This document shows, in pieces, positions 10,576 through 19,758 of a stretch of 64,000 bases of DNA; the stretch's first letter is position 1; each line of letters begins with the position of its first letter. The position numbers and the translations under genes are program-made. The stretch covers positions 256,001-320,000 of the forward strand of contig CAVYGB010000010.1 of the NCBI GenBank assembly GCA_963767925.1. The letters run 5' to 3'. This stretch comes from an uncultured delta proteobacterium (GTDB lineage Bacteria > Myxococcota_A > Polyangia > Fen-1088). Below the pieces are notes generated by a model that worked only from the letters and a program-made list of their open reading frames with translations, had not been told where the DNA came from and searched no databases.

Positions 10576-11694
10576 ATGCTTGCAACCACGTCGGCAAGTA
10601 CGTCCGAGGACGTGGCCTCAGGTGCACGCACGGTGAGGGTCCTGTACGTCGACGACGAGCCCAGCTTGTGCCGGGCCTTCGTGAGGATGTTCGTCAACGA
10701 GGGCGACGTGGCCGTCACCACCTCGACCTCCGCGCTGGAGGCCTCCAGCCTGATCGAATCGGAGGCCTTCGACGTGATCGTCTCCGATCTGAGGATGCCG
10801 GCGATGGACGGGATCGAGTTCCTCTCGATCGCCCGGATCAAGCTGCCCGAGGCCCGCCGCCTGCTGGTGAGCGGGTACGCCGACCTCGACTCGGCCATCT
10901 CCGCCATCAACCGGGTGGGGGTCGATCGCCTGCTGACGAAGCCCTGGAACACAGGCGAGCTGGTGACCGCCATTCGCGCCGCCGCCGAACACGCCCGCCT
11001 GCTGCGGGAAAACGCCGACATGACCGAGGCCCTGCGCCACAAGAATCAGGCGCTGGCCGACATGAACCGCGAGCTGGATCGGCTCGTCGAGGAGCGCACC
11101 AACAACCTGCTCAACGGGCTGGTGTCAGCGCTCGATCTGCGCGACTCCGAGACCCAGTGGCACTCGCGGCGGGTGGGGCTTTATGCCCGGCGCCTGGCCC
11201 AGGAGCTCGGCGTGGGCGGGCGCGAGCTCGACGACATCGAACGGGGGGCCATGTTGCACGACATCGGCAAGATCGGAGTGCGGGACGCGGTCCTGCTCAA
11301 GCCCGGTCCCCTCAACGAGGAGGAGTGGCGCGAGATGCGCCGCCACCCCGCGCTCGGCTTCGACATCCTCAAGGACATCAAGTTCCTCGAGGGGGCGCGG
11401 CTGATCCCCCTGCACCACCAGGAGCGCTGGGACGGGTCGGGATACCCCGCGGGCCTGCGGGGCACGGACATCTGCCTGGGGGCCCGGGTCTTTGCCGTCG
11501 TGGACGCCTACGACGCCATCACCAGCAACCGGCCCTACCGGGCGGCCCGGGCCTACGAGGTGGCCCGGATGGAGATCCAGCGCTTCGCCGGCACCCAGTT
11601 CGATCCCCACGTGGTCGAGACCTGGATGCGCGTCCCCGCCGAAGAATGGGTACGAATCCGCCGCGAGCTCGAAGGCCTGGCAAACAAGGATTGA
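10576..11694 (+). CDS. Response regulator with HD-GYP phosphodiesterase domain
   Basis: REC (VLYVDDE, SDLRMP, TKPW), then HDIGK and HHQERWDGSGYP, DAYDAITSNRPYR. Confidence 0.94.
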   Translation: MLATTSASTSEDVASGARTVRVLYVDDEPSLCRAFVRMFVNEGDVAVTTSTSALEASSLIESEAFDVIVSDLRMPAMDGIEFLSIARIKLPEARRLLVSGYADLDSAISAINRVGVDRLLTKPWNTGELVTAIRAAAEHARLLRENADMTEALRHKNQALADMNRELDRLVEERTNNLLNGLVSALDLRDSETQWHSRRVGLYARRLAQELGVGGRELDDIERGAMLHDIGKIGVRDAVLLKPGPLNEEEWREMRRHPALGFDILKDIKFLEGARLIPLHHQERWDGSGYPAGLRGTDICLGARVFAVVDAYDAITSNRPYRAARAYEVARMEIQRFAGTQFDPHVVETWMRVPAEEWVRIRRELEGLANKD

Positions 11695-11715
11695 GAGCTC
11701 CCGGCTACTCTCCGG

Positions 11716-12063
11716 CTACTTGCCGGGTTTTTTCGGCGCTTCGAGCTGATCGATCTTGGCGGCGAGGATGAAGTCGTTCTCGGAGAGGCCGCCGATGGCG
11801 TGGGTCCAGAGCGTGATGTCGACGACGCTGTAGTGGATGGCGAGGTCGGGGTGGTGGCCCTCGGACTCCGCCAGCTCGGCCAGGCGGTTGACGAAGGCCA
11901 TGGCCTCGACGAAGTCGTTGTGGGTGAACCGCTTGCTGAGCTTCCGGTAATCGGGGGTGACCTGCCAGTCGCGGAGCTGGGGCATCAGCCGGCCGACGTC
12001 GTCGGGAGTCAGGCGGGGCACGGTGCCCTCGCAGGGCACGCACTTCTTGGCGGTGAGCTCCAT
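11716..12063 (-). CDS. Pterin-4-alpha-carbinolamine dehydratase
   Basis: KKCVPCEG, AESEGHHPDL, WTHAIGGLSENDFILAAKID. Confidence 0.93.
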   Translation of the reverse strand: MELTAKKCVPCEGTVPRLTPDDVGRLMPQLRDWQVTPDYRKLSKRFTHNDFVEAMAFVNRLAELAESEGHHPDLAIHYSVVDITLWTHAIGGLSENDFILAAKIDQLEAPKKPGK

Positions 12064-12134
12064 GGACAGCCTCCCTCCGGTTGCTGGAGATGGAGTTTGC
12101 ACCCTTTGGCCGACTTTGGCAGCCTGTTCCTCGA

Positions 12135-12518
12135 ATGTCGAACGCACTCACCAACGGGATCTTGGTGACGGTCAAGAGCGCCTACATGCCCGAGCGCTCG
12201 GCGCCGACGTTGCGACGGTTCGCCTTCGCCTATACCGTCACCATCGCCAACCAGGGCCGCGAGACCACCCAGCTCATGAGCCGCCACTGGGTGATCACGG
12301 ACAGCGAGGGGGAGGTGCAAGAAGTGCAGGGCGACGGGGTGGTGGGTGAGCAGCCGGTCCTGGCCCCCGGCGAGGCCTTCGAATACACAAGCTGGTGCGT
12401 CATCGCCACCCCCAGCGGGTCGATGCACGGGACGTATCAGATGGTGGGCGAGGAGGGCGCCCGCTTCGACGCCGAGATTGCCTCCTTCCGCCTCGGCATG
12501 CCCCATTCGCTCAACTGA
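12135..12518 (+). CDS. apaG: ApaG domain protein
   Basis: FAFAYTVTIAN, QLMSRHWVITD, GDGVVGEQPVL, SMHGTYQM. Confidence 0.95.
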   Translation: MSNALTNGILVTVKSAYMPERSAPTLRRFAFAYTVTIANQGRETTQLMSRHWVITDSEGEVQEVQGDGVVGEQPVLAPGEAFEYTSWCVIATPSGSMHGTYQMVGEEGARFDAEIASFRLGMPHSLN

Positions 12519-13782
12519 GCGCTAGCAGCTCGGCGATCCGGGCGCCGCCGTCGACGGTCTTGATGGGGCGGCCGGCGGGGGAGGTGCGCGAGCGATCGGG
12601 ATTGAGGCCCAGCAGGTGGGCGACGGTGCGGTAGAGGTCGGGCACCGTGACGGGGCGGGAGCGGACCTGGTCGCCGTCGGCGTCGGACTCTCCGACCACC
12701 TGCCCGGGCCTGATCCCGCCGCCCCCCAGCAGCACCGAGCTGCAGGCCGGGTGGTGGTCGCGGCCGCCCCGCTCGTTGATGCGGGGGGTGCGCCCGAAGT
12801 CTCCGGCGCACACGAGGAGGGTCGAGCCGAGCAAGCCCCGTCCGGCCAGATCGTCGACCAGCGCAGACAGCCCCTGGTCGAGCGTCCCGCACAGGGTCTT
12901 GACCCGGTTGAAGTTGTCCTCGTGGGTGTCCCAGCCGTTGAGGGTCACCTCGACGAAGGGGACCCCCGCCTCGACCAGCCGGCGCGCCATCAGGCAGCCG
13001 GCCCCGAACTCGCTGCTCCCGTAGGCCTCCTTGACCGACTCGGGCTCCTCCTCGACCTGGAAGGCCCGGGAGCCGCTCGACTGCATGAGGGTCAAGGCCT
13101 GCTCGGCCACCTGGCGGCGGCTGCCCACGTAGCCGCCGCCGCGGCTGGCGGCAAACTGATCTTCGAGCTGGCGCCAGACGGTCAACCGCCGGGCGAAACG
13201 CGGCCCCTCGATGCCGCGGGCGGGGGCCAGGTGGCGCACGGGGCGCAGGGGGTTCTTCACCGGGAAGGGGGAATAGGCGCTCGACAGGAAGCCGGAGTCC
13301 TCGCCGGGGCCGGCGATGGCCACGTAGCCGGGCAGTCCGCTGGCCACGCCCCGTCGGGTCTCGGCCACCATCGAGCCGAAGGCGGGATGGTCGGCCCCGC
13401 CGGCCGGCGCGTAGCCGGTGTGCATGAGATGGCGGGCCCGATCGTGGTTGCCTTCCTTGGCGGTGAGCGAGCGGACGAGGGCGAGCTGTTTCATCCGCTC
13501 GGCCAGCCGGGGCAGATGCTCGCAGATCTGCAGCCCGTCGACGCTGGTGGCGACGGGCCGGAACTCCCCCCCGCCGGGACGGCCGGGTTTGAGATCGAAG
13601 GTGTCGATATGGCTGGGGCCCCCGGCCAGGTAGAGGAAGATGCAGGAGCGGGCGGGGCCGGCGCCCGCGGGGGGACCATCGGCCCGGGCCGGGCGCTGGT
13701 ACGACAGGGCCGGCAGCGCGCCGGCCAGGGCGCCGGTGGCGCCGAAGCGAAGCAGGGTTCGTCGCGAGGGGAGCTGGCTCAT
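12511..13782 (-). CDS. DUF1501-family protein with Tat signal
   Basis: SRRTLLRFG twin-arginine motif, GGPSHIDTFDLKP, LMARRLVEAGV, GWDTH, GDFGRTP, GGRDHH. Confidence 0.88.
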   Translation of the reverse strand: MSQLPSRRTLLRFGATGALAGALPALSYQRPARADGPPAGAGPARSCIFLYLAGGPSHIDTFDLKPGRPGGGEFRPVATSVDGLQICEHLPRLAERMKQLALVRSLTAKEGNHDRARHLMHTGYAPAGGADHPAFGSMVAETRRGVASGLPGYVAIAGPGEDSGFLSSAYSPFPVKNPLRPVRHLAPARGIEGPRFARRLTVWRQLEDQFAASRGGGYVGSRRQVAEQALTLMQSSGSRAFQVEEEPESVKEAYGSSEFGAGCLMARRLVEAGVPFVEVTLNGWDTHEDNFNRVKTLCGTLDQGLSALVDDLAGRGLLGSTLLVCAGDFGRTPRINERGGRDHHPACSSVLLGGGGIRPGQVVGESDADGDQVRSRPVTVPDLYRTVAHLLGLNPDRSRTSPAGRPIKTVDGGARIAELLALS

Positions 13783-13795
13783 GGTCGGTTCTCCG

Positions 13796-15466
13796 TCAGT
13801 GGTTGGTGACCGACTCGCTGGAGATGAGCAGCGAGAAGAAGAGGTCCTCGTAGACGCGCCGGACGCCCCCCGGGCCTTCCGCCGCGCTGGCCTCGGCCAG
13901 GGCCGGCAGGAGCCAGCGCTCCTCCTGGGCCCGCGGCGAACGGCCGTAGACCGCCAGGAACATCTCTCGCAGCCGCTCGGCCGGGTTGCGCGTGCGGCGC
14001 AGGATGCCGTCGAGCACGCCGTCCTCACCAGACCGGGCCCCCCCGTTGGTGATCTCGCCGTTCAGCAGCAGCAGAGCCTGCGGCATGCTGCCGTCGAAGG
14101 TGTCGGTGTCGGCCATCTCGTCGTCCTCGAAGGTGAAGCGGTACTCGCGCAAGGCCCGCTCGATCTGCCGCTCGCCCCGGTCCTGGTTGCGCCGTCGCAC
14201 CATCTGATCGGCGCCGGTGGCGGTGAGGAGGCTCCGGAAGAGCTGTTCGGGGGTGAGGGGGCGGACGCGGGCCTGGGCAAAGGCGCGCAGGGCGGCGCCG
14301 CCGTCGTCGGGCAGGCCCTCGGGGCGGGCCGAGCTGCGGGCGTAGGCCGGCGAGAGCACGATCCGGCGCAGCAGCGCCTTGATGTCGTAGCCGCTGCCCC
14401 GGAAGTCGGCGGCCAGCCGGACCAGCATGGCGGGGTGCTTGGGATCGTTCTCGGCGCCGAGGTCGTCCCAGGGGTCGGCGAGGCCCTGACCGAAGAGCTG
14501 GCTCCAGGTCCGGGCCACCATCGCCTTGGCGAACAGGTCCGACTCGACGAGGGCCCGGGCCAAAGTGGTGCGGCGGCCTTCGTCGGGCGGGGCGGCCAGC
14601 GGGCGGCCGAGGAACCGCGGGGGCACCACGACGTCGGTCTCCGAGCGCGGGGGCCGCATGCGGGCCTCACCCCGGCGCTGGTCGAACACGAGGAAGCTGG
14701 GGGGGCCGGCCATCGGCGCCACGTCGGACATCATGTCCGCCATGGTGTTCTTGTTCCGGCGCACCCGCGTGCGGGCGAAGTAGCCGACCAGGCCGTAGAA
14801 GTCCTCCTGCTTCCAGCGGGGATCGTAGGGGTGGTCGTGGCACTGGGCGCACTGGATCTGCAGGCCGAGGAACAGCCGGGCGGCCCCGCCCGCCATCGCC
14901 TCGGCGCCCCCGCCGCCGCGCGCGCGGGCGGCGAGGAAGGCGGCGGCGCCGTTGTCCGCCACGTCTCCGCTGGCGGTCAGCAGCTCGAACACGATGCGGT
15001 CGTAGGGCCGGTTCTCGTTGAAGGCGGTCACCAGCCAGGCGCGAGGGTCTTGCCGGTCGACCTGGCGCGGGCGCTTGCCCCCCTCGTTCCGCCACAGCAG
15101 ATCGCTGTACAGATCGGCGAAGTGTTCGGCCAGCTCGGGGCTCGCCAGCAGGCGATCGACGAGGCGCTGGCGCCGGTCGGGCGCGGGGTCGGCCAGGAAA
15201 GCGCGGGTCTCGGGCAAGGTCGGAACGCGACCGATCAGATCGAGACTGGCCCGACGCAAGAGCTCGGCGTCGCTGGCCGGCGGCGCGATCTCGAGGTCGG
15301 CCTTCAGCCAGGAGGAGACGAGCAGCTCCTCGAGGGGAGCGGGCGCCTCGCTCGGGCCGACCCTTGACGCGGCGGGGACGCCGAGCCCGCTGCGGGTCGC
15401 CGAGCAGCCGCCGGCCAACGCAAGGCAGCCGGCCAGAAACGGCTGCAGAAAACGGAGCTTCCGCAT
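13796..15466 (-). CDS. DUF1549/DUF1553 (PSCyt2/PSD1-type) lipoprotein with CxxCH motif
   Basis: LLRRASLDLIGRVPT, FLGLQIQCAQCHDHPYD, EDFYGL, PQALLLLNG; N-terminal lipobox-like LAGGC. Confidence 0.88.
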   Translation of the reverse strand: MRKLRFLQPFLAGCLALAGGCSATRSGLGVPAASRVGPSEAPAPLEELLVSSWLKADLEIAPPASDAELLRRASLDLIGRVPTLPETRAFLADPAPDRRQRLVDRLLASPELAEHFADLYSDLLWRNEGGKRPRQVDRQDPRAWLVTAFNENRPYDRIVFELLTASGDVADNGAAAFLAARARGGGGAEAMAGGAARLFLGLQIQCAQCHDHPYDPRWKQEDFYGLVGYFARTRVRRNKNTMADMMSDVAPMAGPPSFLVFDQRRGEARMRPPRSETDVVVPPRFLGRPLAAPPDEGRRTTLARALVESDLFAKAMVARTWSQLFGQGLADPWDDLGAENDPKHPAMLVRLAADFRGSGYDIKALLRRIVLSPAYARSSARPEGLPDDGGAALRAFAQARVRPLTPEQLFRSLLTATGADQMVRRRNQDRGERQIERALREYRFTFEDDEMADTDTFDGSMPQALLLLNGEITNGGARSGEDGVLDGILRRTRNPAERLREMFLAVYGRSPRAQEERWLLPALAEASAAEGPGGVRRVYEDLFFSLLISSESVTNH

Positions 15467-15584
15467 CGCGATGCCTCCCTACCCTCTACTTCGGTATCGG
15501 GCGATTTCAATGACCCTGAAACAACCCCTCAGGTTACGGGCCACCCCGATTTGTGGGTGACCGGCGAGGGTGTAAGCTCTGCGC

Positions 15585-16334
15585 GTGCTCCTCCTCGCAG
15601 GCACCAGCGGTTACAGCTACGCGCCGTGGAAAGGCGCATTTTATCCGGAGAAGCTACCGGCGGCCAAGATGCTGGGCTACTACGCGACCCGGCTGCCCAC
15701 CGTCGAGATCAACAACACCTTTTATCGGATGCCCCGCCCCGAGGCCCTCGCCGCCTGGGGACAGGAGGTGCCCGAGAGCTTCCGCTTCGCGGTGAAGGCG
15801 CCCCGCCGGATCACGCACGAGCGGCGGCTGGCCGGCGCCGAGGAGGCGGTCGAGCAGCTCTTCGCCGCGACGGCGTCGATGGGCGGCAAGCTCGGTCCGG
15901 TGCTGTTCCAGCTTCCCCCCAACCAGCGCCAGGATCTGCCGCGGCTGGAGGCCTTTCTCACCCACCTGCGCCAGGTGGCCCCCGCGGCGCTGCCGGCCTT
16001 CGAGTTCCGGCACACCTCCTGGTTCGCGCCCGAGGTGTACGCCGCGCTCGAGCGGCAGGGCGTGGCCCTGTGCATCTCCGACTCCGAGGAGATCGCCACG
16101 CCGGTGGTGGCCACTGCGCCCTGGGGATACCTGCGGCTGCGCCGGCAGGACTACGACGATGCCGCCATCGCGACCTGGGCCGAGCGGATCGGGGCCCAGG
16201 CCTGGAAGGAGGCCTTCGTCTTCTTCAAGCACGAGGACGACGGCAAAGGTCCCCGGCTGGCCGAGCAACTTTTGACGCAATGGCCCGGCGATCGCCCGGT
16301 GGCAGCCGGGGCGGCAGGCGGAGGTTCCGCGTGA
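15585..16334 (+). CDS. DUF72 family protein
   Basis: GTSGYSY, FYP, TVEINNTFYRMP, FAVKAPRRITH, LFQLPP, FEFRHTSW. Confidence 0.93.
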   Translation: MLLLAGTSGYSYAPWKGAFYPEKLPAAKMLGYYATRLPTVEINNTFYRMPRPEALAAWGQEVPESFRFAVKAPRRITHERRLAGAEEAVEQLFAATASMGGKLGPVLFQLPPNQRQDLPRLEAFLTHLRQVAPAALPAFEFRHTSWFAPEVYAALERQGVALCISDSEEIATPVVATAPWGYLRLRRQDYDDAAIATWAERIGAQAWKEAFVFFKHEDDGKGPRLAEQLLTQWPGDRPVAAGAAGGGSA

Positions 16335-16374
16335 TTATTTCGGCTGCCTCATACCTGAACCTATAATTTCTTAC

Positions 16375-17325
16375 ATGCCCGCTCGCGCGATCGGAACTGG
16401 AAGCATCTCGTTCGGCCTCGTCGCCATCCCGGTGAAGCTCTATCCGGCGACGCAGTCGACGAGCGCCATCTCCTTCAACCTCCTGCACCAGCCGCCCTGC
16501 GGATCGCGGCTCAAGCAGCAGTACATCTGCGCCAAGGAGGAGGTGATCGTCCCGCGCGACGAGATGGTCAAGGGGTACGAGTTCGCCAAGGACCAGTACG
16601 TTGTCTTCACCCCCCAGGAGCTGAAGTCGCTCGAGGAGCGGGCCAGCCCGACCATCGACATCACCGAGTTCGTGCCGCTGTCGCAGATCGACCCGATGTA
16701 CTTCGACAAGCCCTATTACGTCGCCCCCGAGAAGGGCGGGGAGAAGGCCTACCACCTGCTGGCCGAGGTGATGCGGGAGAGCGGCCGCACCGCCCTCGCC
16801 CGCTACGCCGCCCGGGGCAAGCAGTACCTCGTGATGATCCGCCCGATCGAGCAGGGGCTGGTGATGCAGCAGCTCCTCTACTCCGACGAGGTGCGCACGC
16901 TGGCCGACGTGCCGATGCCGGACGCTCCTGTGGTGCGCGAGTCGGAGCTGAAGCTCGCCAAGCAGCTCGTCGAGCAGATCTCGAGCGAGACCTTCGAGCC
17001 CGGCAAATACGAGGACGACGTCAAGAAGCGGATCAAGGCCGACATCGACCGGAAGGCGGCGGGGCAGGAGTTCGAGCTGGCGCCCTCCGAGGAGGCGCCC
17101 GCCCAGGTCATCGACCTCATGGAGGCGCTGAAGGCCAGCCTCGAGGCCGGCGGCGGCAAGCGTGGGGGCAAGAGCAGCCGGGCGGCCAGGAGCGACGACG
17201 GGGACGACGAGGTCACCGAGGAGCGGCACCCGGCCCGCCGGGCCGCCGGCGGCGGCGACGCCTCCGACGAGCCGGCCGAGAAGGCCGAGAAGGCCGCCCC
17301 TCGCAAGCGCGGCGCGAAGAGGTAG
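16375..17325 (+). CDS. ku: Non-homologous end-joining protein Ku
   Basis: GSISFGLVAIPVKLY, VKGYEF, IDPMYFDKPYY, VIDLMEALKASL, basic C-terminal tail. Confidence 0.96.
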   Translation: MPARAIGTGSISFGLVAIPVKLYPATQSTSAISFNLLHQPPCGSRLKQQYICAKEEVIVPRDEMVKGYEFAKDQYVVFTPQELKSLEERASPTIDITEFVPLSQIDPMYFDKPYYVAPEKGGEKAYHLLAEVMRESGRTALARYAARGKQYLVMIRPIEQGLVMQQLLYSDEVRTLADVPMPDAPVVRESELKLAKQLVEQISSETFEPGKYEDDVKKRIKADIDRKAAGQEFELAPSEEAPAQVIDLMEALKASLEAGGGKRGGKSSRAARSDDGDDEVTEERHPARRAAGGGDASDEPAEKAEKAAPRKRGAKR

Positions 17326-17332
17326 CGGCCGC

Positions 17333-18130
17333 TCAAAAGGCGATGATCGCGGCGAAGCGGCCGTAGGCGGCGGTGGGAGAGAGGGCGCCCAGCGGGACCG
17401 GGTCCACGGGGATGGTGCGGACGGTGGGGGCGGTCTCGTTGGTGGGGCCGCGGTGCTCCAGGGTGTAGTCGAGCGCGGTCCCCGCGAAGGCGCCGATCTC
17501 GACGGCGAAAGCCACCGCCAGCATGGCGGCGCCGGTGGTCCGGACGGCGATGAGCGCCCGGGGCTGCAGGCGCAGGCCGAGGCTCGCCCGACCGAGCAGG
17601 CCCAGGGCGGACGCCTCCAGGGTGCCGCTGCCGAAGGGCTGCAGGTTCAGCCGGCTGCGGGTGCCGCCCACCGCCACGGTGGCGTAGGGCTGCAGGGCGC
17701 TTTCGGCACGCCAGCGGACGGCGGCCCCCGCCAGCAGCGAGCGTGCCTTCAGCTCACCCGTGATGCGGCCGCTGTAAGAGCCGCCCTGGTAGATCTGCGA
17801 GCTGGAGGCCACGGGACGCGGCTCCTGCTTCTCGTTGAACGTCCCGAGGGTCACCGCGAGGCGGGTGCTCTGCCCGAGTCGGAGCAGATCGTAGCCCACC
17901 TCCAGCCCCAGGGCGCTCCAGGACCTGTCGCTCTGCCACATGTGGTGTCCGTCGTCGAGGCGCCGCAGGCCATAGACGTCGGCCGAGAAGGTGAGCCCTC
18001 TCAGATCGCCGGGCCCGGGGGCGGGGGCGCGCAGGGCCGGCTGGGCCGAGAGGGGGGCGGGCGCGCCGATCGCCAGGGCGGCCGTCAGCCCGGTGGCCAG
18101 GGAACCGAGGCGGCGGGTGACGGCGTTCAT
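17333..18130 (-). CDS. Putative outer-membrane beta-barrel protein
   Basis: Signal peptide (MNAVTRRLGSLATGLTAALAIGAPAPLSA), alternating amphipathic strands, terminal Phe (YGRFAAIIAF). ATGA overlap with the upstream gene. Confidence 0.65.
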   Translation of the reverse strand: MNAVTRRLGSLATGLTAALAIGAPAPLSAQPALRAPAPGPGDLRGLTFSADVYGLRRLDDGHHMWQSDRSWSALGLEVGYDLLRLGQSTRLAVTLGTFNEKQEPRPVASSSQIYQGGSYSGRITGELKARSLLAGAAVRWRAESALQPYATVAVGGTRSRLNLQPFGSGTLEASALGLLGRASLGLRLQPRALIAVRTTGAAMLAVAFAVEIGAFAGTALDYTLEHRGPTNETAPTVRTIPVDPVPLGALSPTAAYGRFAAIIAF

Positions 18131-19758
18131 GGCTGGCTCCGATCGAAGAGGCCCGTGTAGAGGAATCCCACCAGGGAGCGGGCGGTCTCGCGCTCGGGCT
18201 TCTCGGCGTCGAGCACGGTGAGGGCCCCGCTGGCGAACTGGTGGTCGACGACGACGAAGCGCTTGCCGCCGGCCGAGGGGTCGAGGGGAAAGATCCCCGC
18301 CGCCGGCAGGTCGAGCCGCACCTCGCTGGCCGTGAGCCGCGACAGCGCCAGGCGACCCACCCGGGTCGCCGAATAGGGCAACAGCCACATCTCGTCGGCG
18401 GGGGCGGGCGCGGGCTTGATCTGGTGGAGCGGATCGCCGCCCAGCGGTGACACGGTTCGCCGGTTGAGGTCGATGACCGAGAGTCCGGCGACGGAGGGGC
18501 CGTTCGTCCCGTGGTTGGCCAGCACGACCCCCCGGTCGGCCAGCGGCAGGAACTCCCGCACCGAGGTCGACATCGGGCGCAGCTCCAGATTGCGGCCCTT
18601 CAGCTCCTCGAGGCGATCGAGGTCGAGGAAGCCGATCTGGCCGCCGTCGGCCGACAGCAGCAGGGCACGCGGACGGCGTGCGCTCTCGGCGGGGGAGGAA
18701 CCCTCGAAGAGCAGGATCCGCTCGGCCCGGGCCTCGAGATCGAAGGTGACGACCCGGCTCGTGCGGGCGTCGATCACCGCGGCCTGGCCCCGGTCGGGGC
18801 TGAGCAGCAACAGGCGGGAGCCCTCGGACGCCTGGTAGAGGGCCATGTCGCTGGGATAGGCCCCGCTGCCGAGGAGGCTGAGCACCGGCCGGAAGTCGTT
18901 GCCCCGATCGGCCAGGGGCAGGGGCGCCGGCGTCAGGCGGAGGGCCACGATGTCGTTCGACCCCTCCGAGCGGATGAAGAGGGTCGGGTCGCTGGCCCCG
19001 GCCGCGCTGGCGCTGCCCGCCTCGAACAGGACCTGCAGCGGGCGAACCGTCTGCGGCTCGTCGGCCCGGGTGAGCGAGATGGTGATCTCGGTGCGGTCGT
19101 GGTCGAGGTCGAGGAGGGTCACGTAGTTCTTCGACAGCACGACCGCCAGGCGGACCATCCGGGGCGTCGGGCCGCCGAGGGCGAGCGGCGGCGAGAACAC
19201 GACCGCCTCCGGGACCCCGCCGTAGCTGCGCAGGGCCCGCGAGGGCGCGGGCGCGGCGCCCGGCGCGGCCCCCTCGAGATCGAGGACCGCCACCTCGTTG
19301 GGGTTGACCAGCAGGCTGGGATCGCCCCCCTGCGGAGCGTGGTGCAGGACCACGAAGCGCCCGTCGGGGGAGACCGCCATCGAGCCGAAGCGGTTGGTCA
19401 GGGCGTGGCGCCGCCCGGTCTTGCCGGCCTCGGTGGGCACCACCGAGAGCGTGGCGGGCTCGGGGGTCAAGCCCGGCTCGTCGGGCACCCCGCGCGCCAG
19501 GACGAGGAGCTCGTCCCGGCCCGGGCGGGGCACGGCGCTCACGGGGTTCTGCCCCACCGGCTCGGTCCGGGCCTGCAGGGGCACGAGGGCCGGGTCGACG
19601 ATGAAGGCCTGCGAGGTGGCCATATCGAGGTAGGCCAGCCGGGAGCCGACGGCCACCGGGGGCAGCGGGTTGGGCGTGGGGTGATGCCCCTCGTCACCGC
19701 CGCAGGCTCCCGCCAGGGCGACGAGCGGGACGAGAATCGCGAAGCGGGAGCGGGTCAT
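18127..19758 (-). CDS. Lipoprotein, predicted beta-propeller
   Basis: MTRSRFAILVPLVALAGAC lipobox; repeated strand motifs (MAVSPDGRFVV, AVIDART, SVIDLNRR). C-terminal part of ORF 18127..22755. Confidence 0.75.
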   Translation of the reverse strand: MTRSRFAILVPLVALAGACGGDEGHHPTPNPLPPVAVGSRLAYLDMATSQAFIVDPALVPLQARTEPVGQNPVSAVPRPGRDELLVLARGVPDEPGLTPEPATLSVVPTEAGKTGRRHALTNRFGSMAVSPDGRFVVLHHAPQGGDPSLLVNPNEVAVLDLEGAAPGAAPAPSRALRSYGGVPEAVVFSPPLALGGPTPRMVRLAVVLSKNYVTLLDLDHDRTEITISLTRADEPQTVRPLQVLFEAGSASAAGASDPTLFIRSEGSNDIVALRLTPAPLPLADRGNDFRPVLSLLGSGAYPSDMALYQASEGSRLLLLSPDRGQAAVIDARTSRVVTFDLEARAERILLFEGSSPAESARRPRALLLSADGGQIGFLDLDRLEELKGRNLELRPMSTSVREFLPLADRGVVLANHGTNGPSVAGLSVIDLNRRTVSPLGGDPLHQIKPAPAPADEMWLLPYSATRVGRLALSRLTASEVRLDLPAAGIFPLDPSAGGKRFVVVDHQFASGALTVLDAEKPERETARSLVGFLYTGLFDRSQP

